From Candidatus Geohabitans tengchongensis (GTDB taxonomy: Bacteria > Sysuimicrobiota > Sysuimicrobiia > Sysuimicrobiales > Humicultoraceae): a stretch of 29,403 nucleotides of DNA. The stretch covers positions 1-29,403 of the forward strand of contig JAVKIH010000031.1 of NCBI GenBank assembly GCA_031459625.1. Reading direction: 5' to 3'. Position 1 is the first letter of the stretch. Each line of letters starts with the position of its first letter. Below, piece by piece: positions 20,831-29,403 of the stretch. The notes under the pieces were generated by a model. The model was not told the DNA's origin. It was given only the letters and a program-made list of their open reading frames with translations, and made no database searches. The position numbers and the translations under genes are program-made.

Positions 20831-21745
20831 ATGAGCGCCCGGGCCCGCGGCTACCTGGCGGTAACGGCGTCGGCCGTCCTGTGGGGGCTGAGCGGGGTGG
20901 TGGCCAAGGCCCTCTTCAACCAGGCGGTGGCGCCGAGCGCGCTCATGGCGGTGCGGCTGACGCTGGCGTTCGCCGTCGGGTTCCTCCTGGTCGCGCTCAC
21001 CCGCCCGGCGGCCCTGCGCCAGGCCTGGCGCCACCGCCTCCCCATCGCCGCGGTCGGCCTCGCCCAGCTGGCCGGGTCGTACACCTACTACGTCACCGTC
21101 AGCCTGACCACCGTGGCCACGGCGATCTTCCTGGCCTACCTGGCTCCGGTCCTGCTGGTCCTCTGGGAGCGGGTGGTCGAGCGCCGGCCGCTCACGCCGT
21201 TGCGCGCCCTGGCGGTGGCGGTGGCCGTGAGTGGCTCCTACCTGCTGGTCGTCTCGCCGCAGGGCCTGCAGACGACGCCAGCCGGTTTGCTGTGGGGCTT
21301 GGGCGCCGCCGTCACCTTCGCGGCGCACAGCCTGCTGGCGCGGCGCCAGGTGGTGCGGGTGGATCCGTGGGCAGCGCTGGTGCTGGCGCTGGGGGTAGGT
21401 GCGCTGGCGATGGCCCCGGTCGCGCCGCCGTGGCAGACGTTCACGGCGGGCTACGCGCCGGTGCAGTGGCTGCTCTTCACCCACCTGGCGGTCCTGGCCA
21501 CGCTCGTGCCGTTCGGTCTGTACCTGGCCGCGCTGCGGCACCTGACCGCGAGCGAGGCCGCGCTCACCGCCATGCTGGAGCCGCTGGTGGCGGCCGGAGC
21601 GGCCTCCGTCCTCCTGGACGAGGTCCTCACCACGCGCCAGGTCCTGGGAGGCGCCCTGGTCCTGCTGGCGACGGGCCTGATCCAGTTTCGCCCGGAGCAG
21701 GGTCGGCAGCCGACGGCCTTCCAGGCGTCACCTCCCGCCGGGTGA
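20831..21745 (+). CDS. EamA/DMT family transporter
   Basis: About 10 TM segments in two repeats; LWG.SG, YLAPV, MLEPLVA. Confidence 0.9.
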   Translation: MSARARGYLAVTASAVLWGLSGVVAKALFNQAVAPSALMAVRLTLAFAVGFLLVALTRPAALRQAWRHRLPIAAVGLAQLAGSYTYYVTVSLTTVATAIFLAYLAPVLLVLWERVVERRPLTPLRALAVAVAVSGSYLLVVSPQGLQTTPAGLLWGLGAAVTFAAHSLLARRQVVRVDPWAALVLALGVGALAMAPVAPPWQTFTAGYAPVQWLLFTHLAVLATLVPFGLYLAALRHLTASEAALTAMLEPLVAAGAASVLLDEVLTTRQVLGGALVLLATGLIQFRPEQGRQPTAFQASPPAG

Positions 21746-22265
21746 ACGCGGTCATCCCGCCGGCCGGCGGCCCCGTGTCCCGGCGGGCGGCACGGAGGCG
21801 GTGGAACACGTCGAGGGGGCCCACGGCTGCCGCCGGCTGGCGGGGCGCCTCCGGCGGAGGAGTCACCCCCTGCTCGTCGCACCGCGCTTCCAGTGCCCGC
21901 ACCGCGGCCGCCAGCCGCGCCACCTCTGCCTCTACGGCGGGAAGGGATCGCCGGTACTGCGCGTTGGCCGCCTCGAGGGCTGTGACGTTCATGCGCAGCG
22001 TCCGCACGCTCTCGTCTGCCAGGTAGGCCCGATGGCGCAGGAGGGCGAGCTCGGCCCTGGCGGCGCCCCAGGCGTTCACCGTCTCTTCGGCCGTGGGGTC
22101 CCCCGGGCCTGGGGCGTGGAGGGCCGCACCGTAAGCCAGCAGGATCCGGACCCCATCCTGCAGGTTCCAGCCGCGCTCAGCCACGAAGGCCTCCAGCCGC
22201 TCCAGGAGGGCGCCGGGGATGGCCACGGCAAGGCGGGCCAGGGCAGGGAAGACCAGGTTGGTCAC
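21627..22265 (-). CDS. Uncharacterised protein: predicted ribbon-helix-helix N-terminus plus coiled coil (paralog B)
   Basis: GTG 22265 overlaps the upstream stop (GTGA). RLAVAIPGALLERLEAFVAERGWNLQDGVRILL fits an RHH pattern; heptad region follows. A low-complexity tail overlaps the EamA 3' end. Confidence 0.7.
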   Translation of the reverse strand: MTNLVFPALARLAVAIPGALLERLEAFVAERGWNLQDGVRILLAYGAALHAPGPGDPTAEETVNAWGAARAELALLRHRAYLADESVRTLRMNVTALEAANAQYRRSLPAVEAEVARLAAAVRALEARCDEQGVTPPPEAPRQPAAAVGPLDVFHRLRAARRDTGPPAGGMTAFTRREVTPGRPSAADPAPGETGSGPSPAGPGRLPGPGAW

Positions 22266-22783
22266 GGCATCGCCCACCGCCGCCACAGCCGTTGCAGGCG
22301 TGCGGCCAGGCGTGCCGCCAGCGAGCACGGGTGGGCCCGCTCCGGAGCCTGACCCTCGAGCACGCTGTGCAGCTGGTCCCGCCGCCGCTGCAGCCGGGGG
22401 ATCTCCGCACGCAACTGGAGCATCCTGGCCTTAAAGTGCGCGTTCTCCTCCTCCAGCGCCGCTACCCTGGCGCTGAGGCGCTGTACCTCCACTTCGCTGG
22501 CGATGGTGCGGGCCCGCATCGACACCACCAGCGCCTCCGCTTCCCGTCGCCTCAGGATCTGCAGGCGACGGGCCCCCGATTCTCCCACCGATCCGCCCGC
22601 TCCCCCGACGATTGCTGCCAGTGTGCTCCACTCCGCCTCGTCCCGGATGTACTGCTCCAGGCCCTCCCCGAGCAGCGCTCCCAGTCGGTGGGGAAGCTCG
22701 GCTCCCTCTCCACCGGCCGCGCGCACGACGTCGCGGGCGTCGTACGCCAGGAGCTCGACCTCGACCGTCCTTGGGGGTGTCAT
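22262..22783 (-). CDS. Uncharacterised protein: RHH-like N-terminus plus coiled coil (paralog A)
   Basis: ATG 22783 lies just after the riboswitch terminator; 173 aa; heptads VQRLSARVAALEEENAHFKARMLQLRAEIPRL; aligns with paralog B. RBS is weak. Confidence 0.7.
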   Translation of the reverse strand: MTPPRTVEVELLAYDARDVVRAAGGEGAELPHRLGALLGEGLEQYIRDEAEWSTLAAIVGGAGGSVGESGARRLQILRRREAEALVVSMRARTIASEVEVQRLSARVAALEEENAHFKARMLQLRAEIPRLQRRRDQLHSVLEGQAPERAHPCSLAARLAARLQRLWRRWAMP

Positions 22784-22795
22784 GGTCTGCCCATC

Positions 22796-22832
22796 AAAAA
22801 AGCCCCCACCGACCCAGCGGTCAGTAGGAGCT
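22796..22832 (-). terminator. Intrinsic terminator of the fluoride riboswitch (ON switch)
   Basis: Minus strand AGCTCCTACTGACC-GCTG-GGTCGGTGGGGGCT-TTTTT; the left arm overlaps the aptamer pseudoknot strand. Confidence 0.88.
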
Positions 22833-22879
22833 ATCAGCCCGCGGGGCATCCCCCCGGGCACATGGCGAGCTCCATCGCC
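22824..22879 (-). ncRNA. Fluoride (crcB-motif) riboswitch
   Basis: Minus strand GGCGATGGAGCTCGCC-ATGT-GCCCG..CGGGC-TGATAGCTCCTAC: P1 GGCG/CGCC, pseudoknot GGAGCT/AGCTCC, conserved GAUG, CUGAU and CUAC. Confidence 0.88.
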
Positions 22880-22900
22880 GGAGCTATGCGCTTCGACCCC

Positions 22901-22929
22901 AGTATAGGCTGCCACCCTACAGTCCTCAA
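22901..22929 (-). promoter_or_regulatory. Sigma70-type promoter for the fluoride riboswitch unit
   Basis: Minus strand TTGAGG-17 bp-TATACT, 21 nt upstream of the aptamer. Confidence 0.8.
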
Positions 22930-23025
22930 CCTGGAGACCGGGGAGCACGGCTCGGATGCGATGGCCAGCGTGCTGGTCGAGTGGCGCCACCCCCGGGCGT
23001 AGATAGTGCGCGGTGGCCTGCCCCG

Positions 23026-23859
23026 TTACCCGCGGCACCGTCGCGGCGACCGCGTCCGAGCGGACCGCGTCGCAGGCTGCGGGCTGCCAGACCGTGGTCC
23101 CGCGGGAGGCGGCAGGGGGAAGCCCAACCGGGCCAGGACCGCCCGCAGCCGCTGCGGGTGGTTGGTCATCACCCCGTCGACCCCCATGGCCACCACGCGG
23201 GCCATCTCCTCCGGCTCGTCGACGACCCAGGTCTCTACCTCCAGCCCGCCCGCGTGCGCCGCCTCCACCACGTCCGCCGACAGCAGCGACCAGTGCGGGT
23301 GGAGCACGCTGGCAGCGGCGTCTCGGGCCAGCCGCAGGGGGTCCACCGGCCGGGCCACGTACAGCACCGCGGTGCGGACCTGGGGCAGGTGGTCCCGTAC
23401 CTCCAGCAGCAGCGGGTGGTCGAAGGAGGAGACCGTGACCGCGGGGTGCCCGGACTGGCGGATCGCCTCGGCCACGCGCCGCGCCAGGCCTGGAGCGGGC
23501 CGCGGCGGGCGCTTGATCTCGGCGATCACGCGTACCGGGCGCAGCAGCGCCAGCGCCTCGGCCAGCGTCGGGATGCGCTCGCCGGCAAACGCTCCGGCGA
23601 ACCACCGTCCCGCATCCAGGCGCCGCAGCGCCCACAGGGGGAGGGCACCCACCGGACCCCGGCCGTCCGTGGTCCGCTCCAGGAGGGGGTCGTGGATAAC
23701 CACGGGCACCCCGTCGCTGGAGAGGTGCACGTCCAGCTCCACGCCGTCCACCCCGGTGGCCAGCGCCCGGCGAAAGGCCGCCGCGGTGTTCTCCGGCGCT
23801 TCCGCGGACGCGCCCCGGTGGGCGATGATCCGCGGCCCGCGTCGGGCCACGGGGCTCAC
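23026..23859 (-). CDS. ugpQ: Glycerophosphodiester phosphodiesterase
   Basis: [47 protein letters not shown] start overlaps the ugpE stop. Confidence 0.9.
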   Translation of the reverse strand: MSPVARRGPRIIAHRGASAEAPENTAAAFRRALATGVDGVELDVHLSSDGVPVVIHDPLLERTTDGRGPVGALPLWALRRLDAGRWFAGAFAGERIPTLAEALALLRPVRVIAEIKRPPRPAPGLARRVAEAIRQSGHPAVTVSSFDHPLLLEVRDHLPQVRTAVLYVARPVDPLRLARDAAASVLHPHWSLLSADVVEAAHAGGLEVETWVVDEPEEMARVVAMGVDGVMTNHPQRLRAVLARLGFPLPPPAGPRSGSPQPATRSARTRSPRRCRG

Positions 23860-24580
23860 TTCTCCGTCTCCGTCAGCCCTCTGACGAACCACCGCTGCAT
23901 GACGACGACCACCACCACCGGCGGGAGCATGGCCAGCAGGGCCGTGGCCATGATGATGGGCCAGTCCACCAGCGCCTCCCCGGTGCCGATCATCTTGGTG
24001 ATGCCGATGACCACCGTCTCCATGCGCTGGCTGGTGGTGATCAGCAGCGGCCAGAGGTACTGGTTCCACCCGTAGATGAAGAGGATGACGAAGAGCGCGG
24101 CGATGGTGGTGGAGGAGAGCGGCAGGAGGACGCTCCAGAAGAAGCGCATGGGCCCCGCGCCGTCCACCTTGGCGGCGTCCACCAGCTCGTCGGGAACGGT
24201 GAGGAAGAACTGGCGGAAGATGAGGGTGGCCGTGGCCGAGGCGATCAGCGGGATGGTCAGCCCGGGGAAGGTATTGACCAGGCCCAGGTCGGAGACGCGA
24301 TCTTCCCCGCGGCAATGGTCAGGCCCATGATCAGGCTGTTGCGCATCATTTGCCGCACCGGCGCCCCCCGGATCCGCTCGCCGCTGCCCGTGGTCCAGGC
24401 CTGGACGTAGTTCCGCACCAGGTGGGAGCCGGGGAGCAGGCCCATCTCCCCCCGGCTCACCGTCCCCAGGTCGTGGGTGGAACCGACGAAGGCCAGGTAG
24501 ACGGGGAAGGCGAAGAGGGCCATTCCCAGCAGTAGGACCAGATGCGTCGTCCAGTCGCCCCGTCGCCAGCGCGGCGCCAT
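23856..24580 (-). pseudogene. ugpE: sn-glycerol-3-phosphate ABC permease UgpE with internal deletion and frameshift
   Basis: ..[15 protein letters not shown] joins at about 24297, out of frame, to [46 protein letters not shown]. Roughly 40 codons found in homologues are absent. Confidence 0.85.
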
Positions 24581-25461
24581 CAGTAGTACACCCGCCGCTC
24601 GATGTACCTGAACTGGATGGCCGTGAGCGTGATCACCACCAGGAGGAGGATCACGGACTGCGCTGACGAGCCGCCCAAATCCAGGTTGATCACCCCGTCC
24701 GTGTACACTTTGTAGATCAGCGTCTCCGTGGCCTTGCCTGGGCCGCCGCGCGTCAGCGCGTGGATGACCCCGAAGGTGTCGAAGAAGGCGTAGATCACGT
24801 TGACGATGAGCAGGAAGAACGTGGTCGGCGAGAGCACGGGGAAGGTCACTCGCCAGAACCGCTGCCGCCCGCTCGCCCCGTCCACCGCCGCCGCCTCCAG
24901 CAGCGACGGAGGGATGGACTGCAGCCCGGCCAGGAAGAAGATGAAGTTGTAGGAGACCTGCTTCCAGGCCGCGGCCAGGATGACCAGCAGGAGGGCATGC
25001 GTGCCCTTCAGCGTGTAGTCCCAGGGAATCCCCGCGCGCACCAGCGCCCGCCCCAGCATTCCGATGGTGGGGTGGAAGATGAACAGCCACAGGGCGGCGG
25101 CCACCGCCGGCGCCACCGCGTACGGCCAGATGAGCAGGGTCTTGTAGATGGTGGCGCCGCGGATCTGCTTGTCCGCCGTCACCGCCAGGAGCAGCCCGGC
25201 GGACATGGCCAGCAGGACCACGGCGGCGGAGAAGAGGAAGGTGGTCCGCAGCGCGCCCAGGTAGAACGGGTCGCTGAGGATGCGCCGGAAGTGCTCGAAC
25301 CAGACGAATTCGGTGCGCAGCCCGAAGGGGTCCTGGCGCAGGGTGGACTGGACGACGGCCTGGACGGCCGGCCAGTAGAAGAAGACCAGGACCACCGCCA
25401 GCTGCGGCGCCACCAGGAGGTAGGGCAGCAGGCGGCCGGGGAAGATGGCGCGGCGGGTCAT
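24580..25461 (-). CDS. ugpA: sn-glycerol-3-phosphate ABC permease
   Basis: [50 protein letters not shown]. Confidence 0.93.
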   Translation of the reverse strand: MTRRAIFPGRLLPYLLVAPQLAVVLVFFYWPAVQAVVQSTLRQDPFGLRTEFVWFEHFRRILSDPFYLGALRTTFLFSAAVVLLAMSAGLLLAVTADKQIRGATIYKTLLIWPYAVAPAVAAALWLFIFHPTIGMLGRALVRAGIPWDYTLKGTHALLLVILAAAWKQVSYNFIFFLAGLQSIPPSLLEAAAVDGASGRQRFWRVTFPVLSPTTFFLLIVNVIYAFFDTFGVIHALTRGGPGKATETLIYKVYTDGVINLDLGGSSAQSVILLLVVITLTAIQFRYIERRVYY

Positions 25462-25553
25462 GGCCCGGCGCGGAGCACGCCGCCGGGCGGCCCCGCCGGC
25501 GAACCGTCACGGACGGGGCCGCCCGGCCCTCTCTCAGGTCGGCCGACCCGGGG

Positions 25554-26885
25554 TCACGGCCTCACCGTCTGCTGGAAGCGGCGCAGGATCTCGTTGCCGC
25601 GACGCACGGCATGGTCCAGCGCCTGCTTGGCCGTCTGCTGCCCCTGGAAGGCCTTCTCCGTCTCCTCGTAGATGACCACCCGGATCTCGGGCATGTTCCC
25701 CAGGCGCAGCCCCTTGGAGTTCTTCGTGGGCGGGGTGCGGGTGAGCTGCTTGATGGGCAGTTCCGCCCAGGGGAACCGCTGGTAGTAGCCGGTGGCCATG
25801 GCCAGCTGCATCCCCGTGTAGGTGATGGGCACGTAGCCCGTCTCCTGGTGCCACTTGGCCGTCTCCTCCGGGGAGCTGAGGAAGCGGAAGAACTCGGCCA
25901 CGCCGCGGTACTCGTCGGCTGTCCGCCGCGGCGAGGTCATCACCCAGAAGGCCGCCCCGCCGATGATGGAGTTCTTGGGCGCGCCCTTGACGTCGTCGTA
26001 GTAGGGGAGGAAGGCGATCCCCCAGTCGAACTTGGCCTCCCGGGAGATGCGCCCGTACAGTGCCGAGGAAGCGGTGACCATGGCGCACTCCCCCGACGGG
26101 AAGAGGGAGTCCCCGGCGGCGTCCCGCCCGCCGTACTTGAAGGTGCCCTCCCGGAGCATGTCCATGAGGAACTCCAGGTGGCGGACGTAGAGGGGCTCGT
26201 TGAGGGTCAGCTGGGCGTCGAAGCCTTCAAACCCGTTGGCCCTGGTCGCAAACGGCACGTCGTGGATGGCGCCGAAGTTCTCGAACTGCACCCACGTGGG
26301 CCAGGCCGTGGAGAAGCCGCAGGGAGCGGCGTTGGTCGCGCGGATGCGCTGCGCCGCCGCGCGGAGCTGCGCCCAGGTCTTCGGCGGGGCGTTGGGGTCC
26401 AGCCCGGCCTTGCGGAACGCGTCCTTGTTGTACCAGAGGACCGGGGTGGAGCTGTTGAAGGGCATCGCCACCATCCGCCCCGCGGCGTCGCTGTAGTAGC
26501 CGCGCACCGCCGGCAGGTAGATGGTGGGGTCGAAGGGCAGGCCCGCCTCTTTGAAGAGCTGGTAGACGGGTTTGATAGCCGGGCCGGCGGCCATCATGGT
26601 GGCGGTGCCGACCTCGAACATCTGCACGATGTGCGGCGCATTGCCCGCGCGGAACGCCGCGATAGCCGCCACCATGGTCTCCGGATAGGACCCCTTGAAC
26701 GTGGGGTTGACGCGGACACGGGCCTGCGCGGCGTTGAACCGGGAGGCGATCCCCTCCAGGGCCTCTCCCAGCGGACCGCGCATGGCGTGCCAGAACTCGA
26801 TGGTGACACGCTGGGCGGACACGGGCGGTGAGGCCAGGGCCAGCACCGCCAGCAGACAGGCGACCGTCAGCCATCGGACCTTCAT
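25554..26885 (-). CDS. ugpB: sn-glycerol-3-phosphate ABC substrate-binding protein
   Basis: Signal peptide, FWHAM, QMFEVGTATMM, PFNSSTP, NSIIGGA, SKGLRLGN; RBS GAGGGGGG. Confidence 0.93.
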   Translation of the reverse strand: MKVRWLTVACLLAVLALASPPVSAQRVTIEFWHAMRGPLGEALEGIASRFNAAQARVRVNPTFKGSYPETMVAAIAAFRAGNAPHIVQMFEVGTATMMAAGPAIKPVYQLFKEAGLPFDPTIYLPAVRGYYSDAAGRMVAMPFNSSTPVLWYNKDAFRKAGLDPNAPPKTWAQLRAAAQRIRATNAAPCGFSTAWPTWVQFENFGAIHDVPFATRANGFEGFDAQLTLNEPLYVRHLEFLMDMLREGTFKYGGRDAAGDSLFPSGECAMVTASSALYGRISREAKFDWGIAFLPYYDDVKGAPKNSIIGGAAFWVMTSPRRTADEYRGVAEFFRFLSSPEETAKWHQETGYVPITYTGMQLAMATGYYQRFPWAELPIKQLTRTPPTKNSKGLRLGNMPEIRVVIYEETEKAFQGQQTAKQALDHAVRRGNEILRRFQQTVRP

Positions 26886-26909
26886 CACCCCACCCCCCTC
26901 AAAGAGAGA

Positions 26910-28197
26910 ATCCTGCCGGGGCCCGCTGCCGTCGGTCTCGTCCTGTGGGGCTACGACCGGCTGGCCCGGGCGGCCGGATTGCGCCACCGCCGGCTGACCG
27001 CCCCAGAGGCGACTACGCTGGTGCCGGCCCTGCGGACCGAGCGCCTGCAGAGCGCCTTCCTCCTGTACGATGCCGCGGCCGACGACGTGCGGGCTGACCC
27101 ACGCCGTCCTGGCGTCGGCACGACGGTTTGGCGCCGTGACGGTGAACTACGCCCGTGCGGCGTCGCTGCTGCCCGACCGGGGCCGCGTGGCGGGGGCGGT
27201 GGTCGAGGACCGGCTCACCGGCCGCAGCGTGGTGGTCCGCGCCCGCCACGTGGTCAACGCCGCCGGCGTGTGGGCGGAGGAGGTGGCCGCCCTGGACGGT
27301 CGGCCCGCCTTTCGCCTCCGGCCCAGCAAGGGCGTGCACCTGGTGCTGCGCCGGGAGGTGCTCGGCGCCGAGGTGGCCCTGATCCTGCCGGAGACCGAAG
27401 ACGGGCGGGTCGCCTTTGTCGTGCCCTGGGCAGGGCGTGCCCTGCTGGGGACCACCGACGATCCCTACACGGGCCCGCTGGACGGGCCGGTAGCCTCCCG
27501 CCAGGAGGCCGCCTACCTGCTGCGCCATGCCCGGCGGTACCTGCGGCGGGTCGAGCCCGGAGACGTCGTCGGCGTCTGCGCGGGGCTGCGGCCGCTGATG
27601 GAGGGGGGCGGCGGGCGCGTCGCCGACCTCTCCCGCCGGCATGCCGTGGTGGAGTCTCCCCGGGGCCTGGTGAGCATCATCGGCGGGAAGTTGACGACGT
27701 ACCGGCAGATGGCCGAGGAGACCGTGGACCTGCTGGCGCGCCGCGACGGGGGAGGTCGTCCCTGCCGCACCGCCACCCTCCCCCTGGTCGGGTCGGCAGG
27801 GCTCGCCGAGGCCGAGCAGGCCCTGGCGAGCAGCGGGCTGGCACCGGAGCAGCAACGCCATCTGCTCCGCGGCTATGGCGGCGCGTCGATGGAGGTCCTG
27901 GCCCTGGCCGGGGCAGACCCGACCCTCCTGCACCCGCTGGTGGACGGGTTGCCGGTCGTGGCCGCAGAGGTGGTCTACGCCTGCGAGCGGGAGCAGGCCG
28001 TGTCGCTGGCCGACGTGATGTTCCTGCGCACCCGCCTGAGCGTGCTGGCCGACGACGCCGGGGAGGCGGCGCTGGAGCGGGTCAGCGAGCTGATGACCGC
28101 CGCGCTGGGCTGGAGTGCCGCCGAACGAAGACGCCAGCGGGAGCGATGGGAGGCGGCGGTGGACCGCGAGCGGGAGGCGCTGGCGGATCTGGCCTGA
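26910..28197 (+). pseudogene. glpD: Glycerol-3-phosphate dehydrogenase, 5'-truncated and frameshifted
   Basis: Begins mid-protein (LWGYDRLA..HRRL..YDAAADDVR); an extra G at 27091-27093 shifts into LTHAVL..VVNAAGVWA..KGVHLV..GTTD..GGKLTTYR. No start codon and no GxGxxG FAD motif. Confidence 0.85.
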
Positions 28198-28248
28198 CGC
28201 GGCGGGGCACCATGACGCCCGCCGGCGGGCGCACACCTGGAGGCGGAG

Positions 28249-29403
28249 GTGGCTGAGCCGAGCTGCGTGGCGGCACTGGACCAGGGGACGACCGGCACCC
28301 GGTGCATCCTCTTCACCCGTGACGGGCAGGTGCGAGCCACCGCCTACCGGGAGCACCGGCAGATCTACCCCCAGCCCGGCTGGGTGGAGCACGACCCGAT
28401 GGAGCTCTGGGAGAACACCTGCACGGTCCTGCGCGAGGCCCTGGCGAAGGGCGGCGTCGCCCCCGCCGAGGTCTGTGCGCTGGGCATCACCAACCAGCGG
28501 GAGACCACGCTGCTGTGGGACCGCCGCAGCGGCACCCCCCTCTACAACGCCATCGTCTGGCAGGACACCCGCACGCGGGACCTCTGCCAGCGGATCATCG
28601 ACGACGGCCTCGAGCCCTACCTGCGGGAGCACACCGGCCTGGTCAGCGCCACGTACTTCTCCGGTCCCAAGCTCGCCTGGCTCCTCGAGCACGTTCCCGG
28701 GGCGCGGGCCCTGGCGGAGCGCGGGGAGGCGCTGTTCGGCACCGTGGACACCTGGCTGATCTGGTGGCTCACGGGCGGGCCGCGGGGCGGCGTGCACGTC
28801 ACCGACTGCACCAACGCCTCGCGGACCATGCTCCTGGACCTGGCCACCCTGGAGTGGGACGAGGAGCTCCTCCGCTACCTGGGCATCCCCGGGAGCTGCC
28901 TCCCGGCCGTCCGGCCGTCCAGCGATCTCTACGGGATGACGCATCCCGACGGGCCCGCCGGCGGACCGGTGCCGGTCTGCGGCGACCTGGGCGACCAGCA
29001 GGCGGCGCTGGTGGGCCAGACCTGCTACGAGCCCGGGGAGACCAAGAACACCTACGGCACCGGCAACTTCCTGCTGATGAACACCGGCGAGCGCATCGTC
29101 TCCTCCGCGAGCGGCCTGCTGACCACGGCCGCCTACAGTCTGGGCCGCGGGCCTATGCCCTGGAGGGGTCCATCGCCATCACCGGGGCGGCGGTGCAGTG
29201 GCTGCGGGACAACCTGGGGCTGATCGCCACGGCGGCGGAGAGCGAAGCTGTGGCCGGGTCGGTGGAGGACACCGGGGGCGTCTACTTCGTGCCCGCCTTC
29301 TCGGGGCTGTTCGCGCCGCACTGGGACATGTCCGCCCGGGGGGTGATCGTCGGGTTGACCCGCTACACCGACCGGCGCCGCCTGGTCCGCGCCAGCCTGG
29401 AAG
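28249..29403 (+). pseudogene. glpK: Glycerol kinase, frameshifted; runs off the window
   Basis: [30 protein letters not shown]. The frame shifts at about 29150 into [29 protein letters not shown]. Confidence 0.88.

Noticed and set aside
22920..23002. Plus-strand VLNLETGEHGSDAMASVLVEWRHPRA* as a gene remnant
   Set aside because: No start, RBS or recognisable family; cannot be supported.
22784..23635. 457-aa ORF 22262-23635 as a single gene
   Set aside because: The upstream part overlaps ugpQ, the promoter and the riboswitch; only 22262-22783 is protein-like.
29149..29151. Programmed frameshifting in glpK or glpD
   Set aside because: No slippery heptamer or stimulatory structure; neighbouring deletions point to decay or sequence error.

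Overview
High-GC bacterial chromosomal window rich in regulatory RNAs. From the left: the 5' end of an ISNCY-like insertion sequence, whose terminus supplies the TTGACA -35 box for the ilv-leu promoter; a tandem ykkC-type (probably ppGpp) riboswitch plus Leu T-box leader; and an intact ilvB-ilvN-ilvC-leuA-leuC-leuD-(55-aa ORF)-leuB-ilvD operon in which both feedback modules look degenerate or missing. Next come a SAM-I/IV riboswitch controlling a threonine-synthase-like gene plus a ubiquitin-like sulfur carrier (probably homocysteine synthesis), a collapsed sugar ABC permease relic, a stress/redox cluster (DUF2231, ferritin-like DUF892, VKOR, a membrane protein, Mn-SOD), a cyclase-STAND-TPR protein, PhoD and an EamA transporter. 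The best novelty candidate is a promoter, fluoride riboswitch and terminator driving two uncharacterised paralogous ribbon-helix-helix/coiled-coil genes with no fluoride exporter in the unit. The window ends in a ugpBAE-ugpQ / glpD-glpK locus carrying four lesions. All family calls come from motif recognition by eye; no searches were run.
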